Virus record (IMG/VR): IMGVR_UViG_3300027977_000008
Location: 32,001 to 96,000 of that record
Direction: 5' to 3' (one strand)
Length of the DNA stretch: 64,000 bases
DNA from: a virus
The notes beneath the pieces were generated by a model. That model made no database searches. It was given only the letters and a program-made list of their open reading frames with translations, and had not been told where the DNA came from. Each line of letters begins with the position of its first letter. Within the stretch, counting starts at the first letter, position 1. The translations under genes were made by a program, and so were the position numbers. Shown here piece by piece: positions 1 through 9,971 of the stretch.

Positions 1-59
1 ATAATGTAAAAACAAAAGTTATAACTGGTCAAATTACAGTAAACCCAACGGTTTCTTAA
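1..59 (+). CDS. 3' end of an upstream structural ORF (partial)
   Basis: Frame from nt 3 reads NVKTKVITGQITVNPTVS* with TAA at 57-59; runs off the window start. Confidence 0.5.
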   Translation, partial: NVKTKVITGQITVNPTVS

Positions 60-60
60 A

Positions 61-435
61 ATGACAGATATTATAGTTACTATTGAAGATAGTAACGCAG
101 AAATTATATCTACTATTGAAGATAGTAATGCAGATATTAATATTGGTATAGGAGAAATTCAAGTAGTTGTTACCTCAGCACAATCAAACGTGGCAAATTT
201 AGCAGATATTTTAGACGTAGATACAACAAATTTAAATGGATCTACTAACAAATATGTTATGGTTTATGATGCCACAACACAAAAATATGTGTTTGTAAAT
301 CCTGATACAGTAATAGATGCATCTGTTGGAATAACAACAACAGATCCTACTCCTGTAGGAATGTCAACCGCAACAATAAATTATTTGGACGATGTGTTAG
401 ATAATAAAATAGATTTAGATGCAGGAGAATGGTAA
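61..435 (+). CDS. Putative virion/fibre-associated acidic protein
   Basis: 124 aa; internal TIEDSNA duplication; LADILDVD and C-terminal IDLDAGEW motifs typical of cyanophage fibre-region proteins. Confidence 0.55.
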   Translation: MTDIIVTIEDSNAEIISTIEDSNADINIGIGEIQVVVTSAQSNVANLADILDVDTTNLNGSTNKYVMVYDATTQKYVFVNPDTVIDASVGITTTDPTPVGMSTATINYLDDVLDNKIDLDAGEW

Positions 436-477
436 ATATCTAAATAAACTTAGTTAACCATATTTCATATATATCAA

Positions 478-3099
478 ATGTCTGCTCCGGTAGTTCAGTT
501 TAAAAGAGGTTTATTTAGTAATTTACCTGGTCTGAGAATAGGTGAACCCGGTTTCACTACTGACAAATATGATCTTTATGTGGGTATTGATAGTACAACA
601 GAAAATAATAAATTCTTTGGTTCTCATCGTTATTGGACAAAGGAAACTACAACAGTAGGTTCTGGTGTAAATCTTGTTGAAGGTACTAATAATGGTGCCA
701 ATTCAATTACATTAAAAGCACCTGCATCCATTGGATCAGATGTAACTTATACATTTCCAAGTTCTGCTGTAGATCAAGGATATCTAAGAACAAACTCCAG
801 TGGAACTCTTACTTGGGAAAGTGGAGTAAACACTTCTGGCGTTTCTACAATTGCATTTCTACAGGCAACCACTACAAACGTTTCCGCTGCAGCTACTGTA
901 GGGACTGATCTATCGGTAAATAGAGACCTAACAGTATCTGGTGGCATTACAGGAAACTTAAATGCTACTGGAGTATCAACAGCATCTCATTTACAATCAA
1001 CTACAGTTAATGTTTCCGCTGCAGCTACTGTAGGGACTGATCTATCGGTAAATAGAGACCTAACAGTATCTGGTGGCATTACAGGAAACTTAAATGCTAC
1101 TGGAGTATCAACTGCTTCCTTCTTACAAGCAACCACTACAAACGTTTCCGCTGCAGCTACTGTAGGGACTGATCTATCGGTAAATAGAAACCTAACAGTA
1201 TTAGGTGGCATTACAGGAAACTTAAATGCTACTGGAGTATCAACTGCTTCCTTCTTACAAGCAACCACAGTTAATGCAACTGGCATTATTACAGCATCAT
1301 CTTTCCGTGGTGCAGATTTCCGTGATACTGATGGGTCATTAGTTCCTCTAGTTGGTGTTCAAACTGGTGGTGGTCATAACGGTCTTGTAACAGCATTTAA
1401 GTTTACTGGAACAGGTTTAGAAAATTATCAAGTTATCAATGAAGTTGCAGTCATTACAATATCTGGTGTTGCAGCATCTACATATACAACTTCAGAACTT
1501 ATAAGTGCAACACAAAATCAGGCAGCATTTACAGTTTCTGCTGGTTATCAAGAAGGATTTGTTGATGTATATTTAAATGGTCTAAGACTAGTAACTAATA
1601 CGGACTATACAGCAACTGATGGATCACTTGTAAATTTAACAACAGGTGTTAATGCAGGTGATGAACTAGAAATTGTTACCTTCAAATCACTTGGTGATGT
1701 TGTTGCAGTCCAAAACTTTAAGACTGCTGGAAATATCCTAATGACAGGATTTTCTACCTCAACTAAGGTATTTGAAGCTTTAGGTGGAGCAAAACTTGCT
1801 GGAATTACAACTACTTCACAACTTACAGCAACCACTACAAACGTTTCCGCTGCAGCTACTGTAGGGACTGATCTATCGGTAAATAGAAACCTAACAGTAT
1901 CTGGTGGCATTACTGGTGCAGTAAATAACGCTGGTGTTGGTACTGTAGCATTTCTACAGGCAACCACTGCAAACGTTTCCGCTGCAGCTACTGTAGGGAC
2001 TGATCTATCGGTAAATAGAGACCTAACAGTATCTGGTGGCATTACAGGTAATATTAATGCCTCTGGTGTTTCTACAATCACTCAAATTCAAGCAACTACA
2101 GTAAACGCTGTGGGTGTTATTACTGCATCATCTTTCAGTGGTTCTGGTGCTGGTATTTCATCCAATACCATTCCAATTCTTGCCCTTGATATTGCTGGAG
2201 GCACTGCGCTTTCATCTTTAACACAGAATGATTTATTAATTATTGCAGATGAAGGTACTGGCAATATTAGAAAAATTACTGCGGATCAAATGTCGCAGTA
2301 TGTTCTTGGTGGCGCTGGTGGTGCTACATTACCAGCGTTAAAAATCACAGGTCTTTCAACTTTTGTTGGTAACGTTAGTGCTGAAGAAAACTTAACGGTT
2401 GCTGGTGGTATTACTGGTAGATTAAATTCTGTTGGTGTTTCTACAATTTCGTTCTTACAATCAACTACAGTAAATATTTCTGCTGGTGCAACTGTAGGTG
2501 GAACTCTAAATGTAAGTACTGGTGCAAATATCACTGGTGGCGAAACAACGCTATCATCGGCAACAGTTAGTGATTTAACTTCAGGTCGTGTTGTTATTGC
2601 TGGTGCTGCAGGTGCTCTGACAGATAGTACAAATCTAACCTATAGTAATAATGGTTTGATTGTTGGTTCTGGCGGTGCAAATATTACTGGTATTTCTACA
2701 TTCTCAAGTAACGTTATTATTGGTGGTGATTTGGTTGTAAACGGAACAACAACACAAATCAATACTGTACAAACCACAGTAGAAGATACTTTACTTGAAC
2801 TTCAAATGGTTGATGGATCTGCTCCATCTTCTGACACCAACAAAGATGTTGGTTTAATCATGAATTACTATGATACCCAAGCAAGAAAAGCTGCTTTCTT
2901 CTGGGATGATAGTGCATCATTATTTGTCCTTGCAGCAACCGTTTCAGAAAGTAGTGGTGTTGTTACACCATCAACATATGGTGGATTACAAATCGGTTCT
3001 CTTTATGTAAATGACTGTGCAGGTGCTTCTCAAGTAATTTCTTGCAGTGGAACTACAAGATCTCTTGAGAACATCTCAATAGATGGTGGTTCATTCTAA
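478..3099 (+). CDS. Tail fibre / long fibre-like structural protein
   Basis: 873 aa, G/T/S/A/V-rich; N-terminal VQFKRG..GEPGFTTD motif; 44-aa repeats; C-terminal IDGGSF; CTAAATA late promoter upstream. Confidence 0.75.
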   Translation: MSAPVVQFKRGLFSNLPGLRIGEPGFTTDKYDLYVGIDSTTENNKFFGSHRYWTKETTTVGSGVNLVEGTNNGANSITLKAPASIGSDVTYTFPSSAVDQGYLRTNSSGTLTWESGVNTSGVSTIAFLQATTTNVSAAATVGTDLSVNRDLTVSGGITGNLNATGVSTASHLQSTTVNVSAAATVGTDLSVNRDLTVSGGITGNLNATGVSTASFLQATTTNVSAAATVGTDLSVNRNLTVLGGITGNLNATGVSTASFLQATTVNATGIITASSFRGADFRDTDGSLVPLVGVQTGGGHNGLVTAFKFTGTGLENYQVINEVAVITISGVAASTYTTSELISATQNQAAFTVSAGYQEGFVDVYLNGLRLVTNTDYTATDGSLVNLTTGVNAGDELEIVTFKSLGDVVAVQNFKTAGNILMTGFSTSTKVFEALGGAKLAGITTTSQLTATTTNVSAAATVGTDLSVNRNLTVSGGITGAVNNAGVGTVAFLQATTANVSAAATVGTDLSVNRDLTVSGGITGNINASGVSTITQIQATTVNAVGVITASSFSGSGAGISSNTIPILALDIAGGTALSSLTQNDLLIIADEGTGNIRKITADQMSQYVLGGAGGATLPALKITGLSTFVGNVSAEENLTVAGGITGRLNSVGVSTISFLQSTTVNISAGATVGGTLNVSTGANITGGETTLSSATVSDLTSGRVVIAGAAGALTDSTNLTYSNNGLIVGSGGANITGISTFSSNVIIGGDLVVNGTTTQINTVQTTVEDTLLELQMVDGSAPSSDTNKDVGLIMNYYDTQARKAAFFWDDSASLFVLAATVSESSGVVTPSTYGGLQIGSLYVNDCAGASQVISCSGTTRSLENISIDGGSF
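864..1272 (+). repeat. Three tandem near-identical 132-bp (44-aa) repeats in the fibre gene
   Basis: GTTTCCGCTGCAGCTACTGTAGGGACTGATCTATCGG recurs at 880, 1012 and 1144. Confidence 0.9.
1828..2050 (+). repeat. Two further copies of the 132-bp fibre repeat
   Basis: Same core at 1843 and 1975. Confidence 0.9.
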
Positions 3100-3122
3100 A
3101 TCTAAATAAAATCCAATAAATA

Positions 3123-3150
3123 GGGGAAAGTTTAAAACTTCCCCTTTTTT
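3123..3150 (+). terminator. Rho-independent terminator
   Basis: GGGGAAAGTTT...AACTTCCCC followed by a T-run. Confidence 0.75.
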
Positions 3151-3156
3151 ATTGCT

Positions 3157-3342
3157 ATGAATGAACAAGAACTAAAGTCATTAATTAATGTGTATCAAAG
3201 AAGATTGAATGAAGCAAATGCACAATCTATTGCGTTTGAAGTAAGAACATTAATTCAACAAGAACTGATCAATGACTTACAACGACAATTAGAAGAAGCA
3301 CCAAAAAGGAGTACAAAAAAAGTTGATACTGCTGAATTTTAA
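3157..3342 (+). CDS. Small coiled-coil hypothetical protein (possible fibre chaperone)
   Basis: 61 aa heptad-rich ORF directly after the fibre gene. Confidence 0.6.
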   Translation: MNEQELKSLINVYQRRLNEANAQSIAFEVRTLIQQELINDLQRQLEEAPKRSTKKVDTAEF

Positions 3343-3489
3343 ATAAAAAATATCAACCTAAATAATACCAACTTAGAGACAACATTCAATCTAAACAATC
3401 ATTCGTAAAGAGAGTATATACTATTTCTGACGGCGATTATATGAATGGAAAAAAGTCTCTGCTTTATAGCAGATTTTTTATTTTTGTAA

Positions 3490-4689
3490 ATGGTAAGTCC
3501 TACAATCAAGTTTAAAAGATCAGCTGTGTCTGGGAAAATTCCCACGACATCGCAATTGGATCTTGGAGAATTATCAATCAATACATTTGGTGGTAAAATT
3601 TATATTAAACAAGACCAATCATCAGTTGGAGTTGGTACAACAGTTGTTGTTGTTAATCCTTGGAATGTTGGTACAGGAACAAATACATATAATACTTTCT
3701 TTACTGCTGGTAATGTTGGTATAGGTTCTACATTACCAACATCAAAACTAGATGTTGTAGGAGATGTTAAATTTAGCGGTGTTGTTACTGCAACAACTTT
3801 TATTGGTAAACTAACTGGAGATATTACTGGTAATATCAACTCATCAGGCGTTTCTACAGCAACATATTTAAAAGGAACAAACGTAAATGTTACTGGATTA
3901 GTCACTGCAACTACTTTTTATGGTAGCATTTATTCAACAGGAATATCAACAATTTCTGGGTTTAAGTTTCCTTCATCTGATGGAACTTCTGGTCAGTTTT
4001 TAAAAACTGACGGATTTGGAAATTTATCATTTGCCACCGCTTCTGGTGGATCCGAAAGTGTTGGTTCTGCTACAACAATTTCGGATGACTATATTACTGC
4101 AACGCAAGGACAAACAGTTTTTACGTGCAGTCAAAACTTTACTGGAAAATCTGTTCAAGTTTTTCTTAATGGCATAAAACTTAGAACAACTACAGATTTC
4201 ACAATAACTGCACCATCAACTGTTACGCTAGTTAGTGGTGCAACTGCTAATGATCGTGTCAATATTATAGTTTCCTTTGGAAATACTTTAGAAGAACAGA
4301 TATTTACTGCAACGCAAGGACAAATAATAATTAATCCAAGCGGATCTTTTGCATCTGCTTCAAACATCAAAGTATATGTCAATGGTATCAAGTTACGAAA
4401 GACTATAGATTATGGAGCATCTTCATCTGTTGCATTTATAATTCCAACAACCGCTGGAGATGAAGTTGACTTGGTTTGCGATACTGCTGAAGATTATTTC
4501 ACATCAATTCAAGGACAAACAGTATTTACCCCAACAAGTGCTGATATTACTTCAAGCAATCTTCAAGTATTTTTAAATGGTTTTAGATTAGAAAACACAC
4601 AAGATTATACAATTGGATCCCCTGCTATTAACCTTGTTTCTGCATTGACAGATGGAGATGAAGTTGATGTCGTTATTACAAGAACATAA
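3490..4689 (+). CDS. Virion structural/fibre protein with repeated ATQGQT-F..VFLNG modules
   Basis: N-terminal IKFKRSAV.GKIP...LGELSINT motif; repeated beta-sandwich modules. Confidence 0.7.
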   Translation: MVSPTIKFKRSAVSGKIPTTSQLDLGELSINTFGGKIYIKQDQSSVGVGTTVVVVNPWNVGTGTNTYNTFFTAGNVGIGSTLPTSKLDVVGDVKFSGVVTATTFIGKLTGDITGNINSSGVSTATYLKGTNVNVTGLVTATTFYGSIYSTGISTISGFKFPSSDGTSGQFLKTDGFGNLSFATASGGSESVGSATTISDDYITATQGQTVFTCSQNFTGKSVQVFLNGIKLRTTTDFTITAPSTVTLVSGATANDRVNIIVSFGNTLEEQIFTATQGQIIINPSGSFASASNIKVYVNGIKLRKTIDYGASSSVAFIIPTTAGDEVDLVCDTAEDYFTSIQGQTVFTPTSADITSSNLQVFLNGFRLENTQDYTIGSPAINLVSALTDGDEVDVVITRT

Positions 4690-4714
4690 TAAATAGAAAA
4701 AAGTAGATATATCA

Positions 4715-5560
4715 ATGGCAAACCCTGCTTCTAGACAGGAATTAGTAAACTACGCAAAAAGACAACTTGGGTATCCTGTATTAGAGATTAATCTTGCCGA
4801 TGAGCAAATTGAAGATTTGATTGATGATGCTATTCAAATTTATCAAAATCGACATATGGATGGTGTCGAATTGATGTATTTGAAATTTAAAATTACTCAA
4901 AATTTTATCGATTCAATTCAAGCAAGAGGATCAAATAAATCAATAGGAATTACTACATCAACAGGGACATCAAATATAACTGGCATAGGAACAACTACAT
5001 TCTCCTTTGAAGAAAATCAAAACTTTATTCAAGTTCCAGATGCAGTTATTGGAATTGAAAAAGTTTGGAAATTAGATAATCGTGCAATTAGCACGAATAT
5101 GTTTAGTGTAAACTATCAATTATTTTTGAATGATATTTATTGGTTTAGTTCTACTGAACTATTGAACTATACTATGACAAAAAGATATTTGGAAGATATA
5201 GATTTTATTCTACATCCAGATAAACAAATTAGGTTCAATAGAAGACAGAATAGATTATACCTAGACACAGATTATTCTAGTATGAAGGTTGATGATTATA
5301 TTATTATTCAATGCTATAGAGTTCTAAATCCAAATGAATTTACAAAAGTTTATAATGATCCATTTTTGAAGAAGTACTTTACTGCTTTGATGAAAAGACA
5401 ATGGGGGCAAAACCTAATCAAGTTTAGGGGAGTAAAACTTCCAGGTGGAATTGAGTTGAATGGTCGTGAAATTTATGAAGATGCCTTAGGAGAATTAGAA
5501 AAACTAGAAGAAAGAATGACTTATGATTATGAACTTCCTCCATTAGATATGATCGGATAA
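4715..5560 (+). CDS. gp13: Neck protein gp13
   Basis: PASRQEL..Y..RQLG.PVLEIN; WGQNLIKF.GV.LPGG; T4 synteny. Confidence 0.92.
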   Translation: MANPASRQELVNYAKRQLGYPVLEINLADEQIEDLIDDAIQIYQNRHMDGVELMYLKFKITQNFIDSIQARGSNKSIGITTSTGTSNITGIGTTTFSFEENQNFIQVPDAVIGIEKVWKLDNRAISTNMFSVNYQLFLNDIYWFSSTELLNYTMTKRYLEDIDFILHPDKQIRFNRRQNRLYLDTDYSSMKVDDYIIIQCYRVLNPNEFTKVYNDPFLKKYFTALMKRQWGQNLIKFRGVKLPGGIELNGREIYEDALGELEKLEERMTYDYELPPLDMIG

Positions 5561-6942
5561 TGCTTAATCCATTTTTTACGCAAGGAACTAAATCAGAACA
5601 AACTCTTGTGCAAGAGTTGATGGATGAGCACATCAAAATTCATGGTATTGAATTTATTTACTTACCAAGAATTTTTGTAAATACCAAATCTATAATGCGT
5701 GAAGTTTCGACTTCAAAGTTTAATAAATCTTTTCCTATTGAAGGATATGTTCAGAGTTATGAAGGATTTGGTGATCCTGGAAGCATTTTAACAAAATTTG
5801 GTGTTAGAACAACTGCAGAAATGCAAATTGTTATTTCACAAAGAAGGTTTGAAGATAGCATTACTCCATTGCTAGAAAATGTAACTAATTTACCAAATAA
5901 TCCATCTAGACCATTAGAAGGAGATTTATTATACTTCCCATTATCAGATACTCTTTTTGAAATCAAATTTGTTGATAATGATCAACCAGCATTTTTTCAA
6001 TTACAAAAAAATTACACATACCTTTTGAAGTGTGAAGCATTTGAATATGAAGATGAAATTATAGATACTCAAATTACTGAAATTGATAATGAATTTGGAT
6101 CGTTTGGATATAATGCAATTCTTACTTTTGTTGGTATTGGATCAACTGCTGCTGCATTTACATCTCTAGTTAATGGTGGCGTTCATACGATTAATATCCT
6201 TAATGAAGGAACGGGATATACTGCAGATCCCACAGTTAGAATTGCTCCTCCAGGTATAGGTAGAACAGCGCAAGCAGTTGCAATTACTACAGAAAATAGT
6301 AGTGGTACAAGATCACTACAAGCGATTTATGTTACAAATACTGGATATGGATATACAACAATACCAAAAGTTCAAATTATTTCTACAGATGGAAATGGAA
6401 CTGGTGCGGTTGCGGTAGTTGGAATTGGAACGACTGGTTCTGTTGGCGTCGTAACAATAACTACTAGTGGTAAAAACTATGTCTTACCACCAACAATTAC
6501 ATTTACTAATGCACCTTCTGGTGGAGTTACCGCTATTGGAACTGCAGTTCTTAATACGCAAAATAATCTATCAGCAATCAGAATTATTAATGCGGGTTAT
6601 GGATATACGCAAGTACCCACAATTACAGTATCTGCTGCAGGAACTATTGGTGTGGGAACATATATGTTTGGAGATATTATAAGGGGAGTTTCTACTGGTA
6701 CAACTGCAATTACAGCATCTTGGGATAAACCAACTCTAACAATGAGAGCACGTAGTTTGACTGGTAAATTTGCTCCAGGTGAAATGATCATTGGTGCAGG
6801 AACTACATTTGGTAGTGTTGCGTACATCCTAAATACAATCAACTATGATGATGACGATCCATTTGAGCAAAATCAAGAAATTCAATCCGCAGCAAGTACA
6901 ATTCTTGATTTCTCTGAAAACAATCCATTTGGTGAGATATAA
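5560..6942 (+). CDS. gp14: Neck protein gp14 with cyanophage G.GYT..P repeat insertion
   Basis: MLNPFF, RPLEGDLLYFP, DFSENNPFG; synteny. Confidence 0.9.
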   Translation: MLNPFFTQGTKSEQTLVQELMDEHIKIHGIEFIYLPRIFVNTKSIMREVSTSKFNKSFPIEGYVQSYEGFGDPGSILTKFGVRTTAEMQIVISQRRFEDSITPLLENVTNLPNNPSRPLEGDLLYFPLSDTLFEIKFVDNDQPAFFQLQKNYTYLLKCEAFEYEDEIIDTQITEIDNEFGSFGYNAILTFVGIGSTAAAFTSLVNGGVHTINILNEGTGYTADPTVRIAPPGIGRTAQAVAITTENSSGTRSLQAIYVTNTGYGYTTIPKVQIISTDGNGTGAVAVVGIGTTGSVGVVTITTSGKNYVLPPTITFTNAPSGGVTAIGTAVLNTQNNLSAIRIINAGYGYTQVPTITVSAAGTIGVGTYMFGDIIRGVSTGTTAITASWDKPTLTMRARSLTGKFAPGEMIIGAGTTFGSVAYILNTINYDDDDPFEQNQEIQSAASTILDFSENNPFGEI

Positions 6943-6945
6943 TAA

Positions 6946-7986
6946 ATGTTAGGAGCATATTTCTATCACGAAATTATTAAAAAGACAGTTATTGCTTTTG
7001 GAACACTGTTCAATAATATTGAAATTAAACACAAAGCAGATGACACAGATCAAACGCTGAGTATTATCAAAGTTCCAATTGCTTATGGACCAATTCAAAA
7101 ATTCTTAGCAAGAGTTGAACAGCAACCAAACTTTGATAGAACTGTTGCTATTACATTACCAAGATTAGCATTTGAAATTATATCATATCGTTATGATCCT
7201 TCTAGAAAGGCATCTCCAATAACAAAATTTTGTGGAGTAGAGAATAATAAAATTAAAAAAGTATTCATGCCTGTTCCATATGATATTGGATTTAGGTTGA
7301 GTTTTGCATCTAAACTGCAAGATGATGCTCTACAAATTTTAGAGCAAATTCTACCATTCTTTCAACCATCATTTTCAGTTTCAGTAAAACTAATTGATGA
7401 AATTAACGAAGTAAGAGATATTCCATTTACATTAAATAATATTTCATTTAAAGATGAATATGAAGGATCTTTTGATAAAAGAAGATTTATTCAGTATGAT
7501 TTAGATTTTACTGCAAAGACATATTTCTATAGCGAATTACCAACTGACGAAAGTGGTGGTATCATCAAACGAGTTCAGATTGATTATGCTTCTGCAATTA
7601 GAGCACCAAGAGAAATTAGATATGTTGCAACTCCTGCTGCAACAAAAGATTATACTAATGATCAAACAACTGCATTGACAGCAACACTAGAAACTTCTAA
7701 GACATTAATGAAGGTTACAAGTTCTGCTTCATTAGAAGTTAGAAAATATATTCAAGTCAATGAAGAGGTAATGCGAATTGAAGAGATTGATGGAACAAAC
7801 ATTATTGTATCCAGAGGACAATATGGTTCATCAATTCAAGAACATTACATTGGTGATAAAGTTGATCGCATTACAATTAATGATGACGCTTTGATTGATA
7901 TTGATGATGACTTTGGTTTTAATGAAACTAGAACATTCTTCCAAGATTTTAAGTCATTTAGTTCAAGTCAAGGAAATGATGTATAA
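6946..7986 (+). CDS. gp15: Tail sheath stabiliser/terminator gp15
   Basis: FYHEIIKK.VIAFGTLFNNI; VPIAYGP; QILEQILPFF.P. Confidence 0.92.
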   Translation: MLGAYFYHEIIKKTVIAFGTLFNNIEIKHKADDTDQTLSIIKVPIAYGPIQKFLARVEQQPNFDRTVAITLPRLAFEIISYRYDPSRKASPITKFCGVENNKIKKVFMPVPYDIGFRLSFASKLQDDALQILEQILPFFQPSFSVSVKLIDEINEVRDIPFTLNNISFKDEYEGSFDKRRFIQYDLDFTAKTYFYSELPTDESGGIIKRVQIDYASAIRAPREIRYVATPAATKDYTNDQTTALTATLETSKTLMKVTSSASLEVRKYIQVNEEVMRIEEIDGTNIIVSRGQYGSSIQEHYIGDKVDRITINDDALIDIDDDFGFNETRTFFQDFKSFSSSQGNDV

Positions 7987-7989
7987 TTT

Positions 7990-8397
7990 ATGGAAAAATC
8001 TTTCGATGCTATTGATAAGGCGCTTGACATAAAAGCGGAGATAGTGGAGACTGTTAAAGAAAAACCACCAGTAGAAACTCCTGATGATCCACAAAAAGAT
8101 TATGAATATAGTAGAAAACAATTATATACTCTTATTGAAAAAGGTCAAGAAGCAGTTAATGGAATACTTGAATTAGCTCAAGATAGTCAACACCCAAGGG
8201 CATTTGAAGTTGCAGGACAATTGATCAAGTCTGTTGGTGACGTAACGGACAAGTTGCTTGAACTTCAAAAGAAAATGAAAGATATTGAAAAACCACAAAG
8301 TAATGGTCCAAAAACAGTTAATAATGCACTCTTTATTGGATCAACTGCAGATCTTCAAAAGATGTTAAAGCAAGGGTTTCTAAATAATGATAAGTAA
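7990..8397 (+). CDS. gp16: Terminase small subunit gp16
   Basis: DYEYSR, HPRAFEVAGQLIK, NNALFIGST. Confidence 0.92.
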   Translation: MEKSFDAIDKALDIKAEIVETVKEKPPVETPDDPQKDYEYSRKQLYTLIEKGQEAVNGILELAQDSQHPRAFEVAGQLIKSVGDVTDKLLELQKKMKDIEKPQSNGPKTVNNALFIGSTADLQKMLKQGFLNNDK

Positions 8398-8412
8398 TAC
8401 TTAGTTTTTATT

Positions 8413-9927
8413 GTGAAGGATCACGAAGTTTCAATGGCGAGTAGTCAACTTGACAATGCTATTGCCAATGCTAAAAAACTAAAATCAAAACTTGGCAAGA
8501 AAGAAAAAGATATTCCTGCTTGGATTCAAGCAAAGATTACTGACACTGATCATAATATGGATGCTGCTGCAGCATACTCAGTTAAAGAAGATTTGAGAAA
8601 GTGGTTTGGAACGGGTGGTGAGGGTGGAGTAGGTGGTGGTGGATGGGATAAATATAATACAAAAGGTGAAAGAATTGGTAAATGTGCTCGTGAACCTGGT
8701 GAACCAAAACCAAAATGTTTGTCTAAAGAAAAAGCATCTCAAATGGGTAAAAATGAGATTGCTACAGCAGTCAAAAGAAAACGTAAAGAAGATCCAGTAG
8801 CAGACCGTTCAGGAAAAGGAGGAAAACCAATCATGTCATCTAACAAAATTGATGAGCAATCGGAGCAAGAATATCAAAAATTTGATCGTAGAGTAAATAC
8901 TGCAATGTCAGCAAAAACTCCAGATTTAAAAATCAAATTATTAAAACTTGCTGGACAATCACATCCGGTCAAAACTGCAGAAGAGTTTATGGAAGCTTGT
9001 TGGAAAGGATATAAACAAGTTGGATTAAAGAAGAAAGGAACAAGAACAGTTCCTAACTGTGTCCCTGAAGAAACAGAACTTGATGAAATGATTGCACTTG
9101 CTGCTCCAATTGTAAGGGGAATTTCAGCAATATCAAGAATTGCACAAGGTGTTGCAAAGGCAGGACAAGCAGTAAAATCTGGTATTGGAGTAGTTAAAAC
9201 AGGAGTTCAGGCAGCAGGACAAACAGTAAAATCTGGTGTTGATACAGTTAAAACAGGAGTTCAGGATGTTATTAAAAACGTTCCGGGTGAAACAAATAAA
9301 CAACCGTTTAATACAAAAAAACCAGGAGAACCAGAATGGAAAAAGGGACTAAAGAAATCTGGTGAAACTGCAAAGTCTGCAGTAAAAACTACAGTGAGTG
9401 GTTTTACTTCAATGTATGAACCAAGAGAAGAATATATTATGGAAAAAAATGTTCCGACCAATCCTTCTCTATGGTCTAAAGCAAAATCCCAGGCAAGAGC
9501 AAAATTTGATGTATATCCATCCGCTTATGCTAATGGATGGGCTGCCAAATGGTATAAATCCAAAGGTGGTGGATGGAAGACCTCTACAAAGGAAAGTTAT
9601 GACACACAACAATTACTTTCTTTTAGTGATTTTAGGCAGATCAGTAATGATAGCATCGGCAATGAGGAAGAAAAATTAAACGAAGTTGCTGCTTGGCAAC
9701 GTAAAGAAGGAAAAAATCAAAAAGGTGGTCTCAATGAAAAAGGTCGTAAATCATACGAACGTGAGAATCCTGGTAGTGATTTGAAAGCACCTCAACCAGA
9801 AGGTGGTTCACGTAGAAATTCTTTTTGTGCCAGAATGAAAGGTTTAAAGAAAAAACTTACTAGCAAGAAAACAGCAAACGACCCCAATAGCAGAGTGAAT
9901 AAAAGTTTGAGAGCCTGGAACTGTTAG
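8413..9927 (+). CDS. Modular Lys-rich late protein, putative head-internal polyprotein
   Basis: 504 aa; modules EDLRKWF, ACWKGY, NPSLWS..YPSAYA and AAWQRKEGK..SFCARM separated by hydrophobic-x-E sites; CTAAATA at 8380. Confidence 0.65.
   Translation: MKDHEVSMASSQLDNAIANAKKLKSKLGKKEKDIPAWIQAKITDTDHNMDAAAAYSVKEDLRKWFGTGGEGGVGGGGWDKYNTKGERIGKCAREPGEPKPKCLSKEKASQMGKNEIATAVKRKRKEDPVADRSGKGGKPIMSSNKIDEQSEQEYQKFDRRVNTAMSAKTPDLKIKLLKLAGQSHPVKTAEEFMEACWKGYKQVGLKKKGTRTVPNCVPEETELDEMIALAAPIVRGISAISRIAQGVAKAGQAVKSGIGVVKTGVQAAGQTVKSGVDTVKTGVQDVIKNVPGETNKQPFNTKKPGEPEWKKGLKKSGETAKSAVKTTVSGFTSMYEPREEYIMEKNVPTNPSLWSKAKSQARAKFDVYPSAYANGWAAKWYKSKGGGWKTSTKESYDTQQLLSFSDFRQISNDSIGNEEEKLNEVAAWQRKEGKNQKGGLNEKGRKSYERENPGSDLKAPQPEGGSRRNSFCARMKGLKKKLTSKKTANDPNSRVNKSLRAWNC
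9160..9266 (+). repeat. 54-bp (18-aa) tandem duplication
   Basis: GCAGGACAA.CAGTAAAATCTGGT...GTTAAAACAGGAGTTCAGG occurs twice. Confidence 0.8.
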
Positions 9928-9971
9928 TTTTCATACCTTTTCATTAATAAAACAAAATAAAATGGTATAAA

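Noticed and set aside
864-2050. Repeats as a CRISPR array or DGR template/variable repeat
   Set aside because: Repeats are in-frame 132-bp coding units without unique spacers, and no reverse transcriptase or cas gene is in the window
987-2534. Minus-strand ORFs over the fibre gene and similar shadow ORFs elsewhere
   Set aside because: Antisense shadows of biased codon usage; no motifs, SD or promoters
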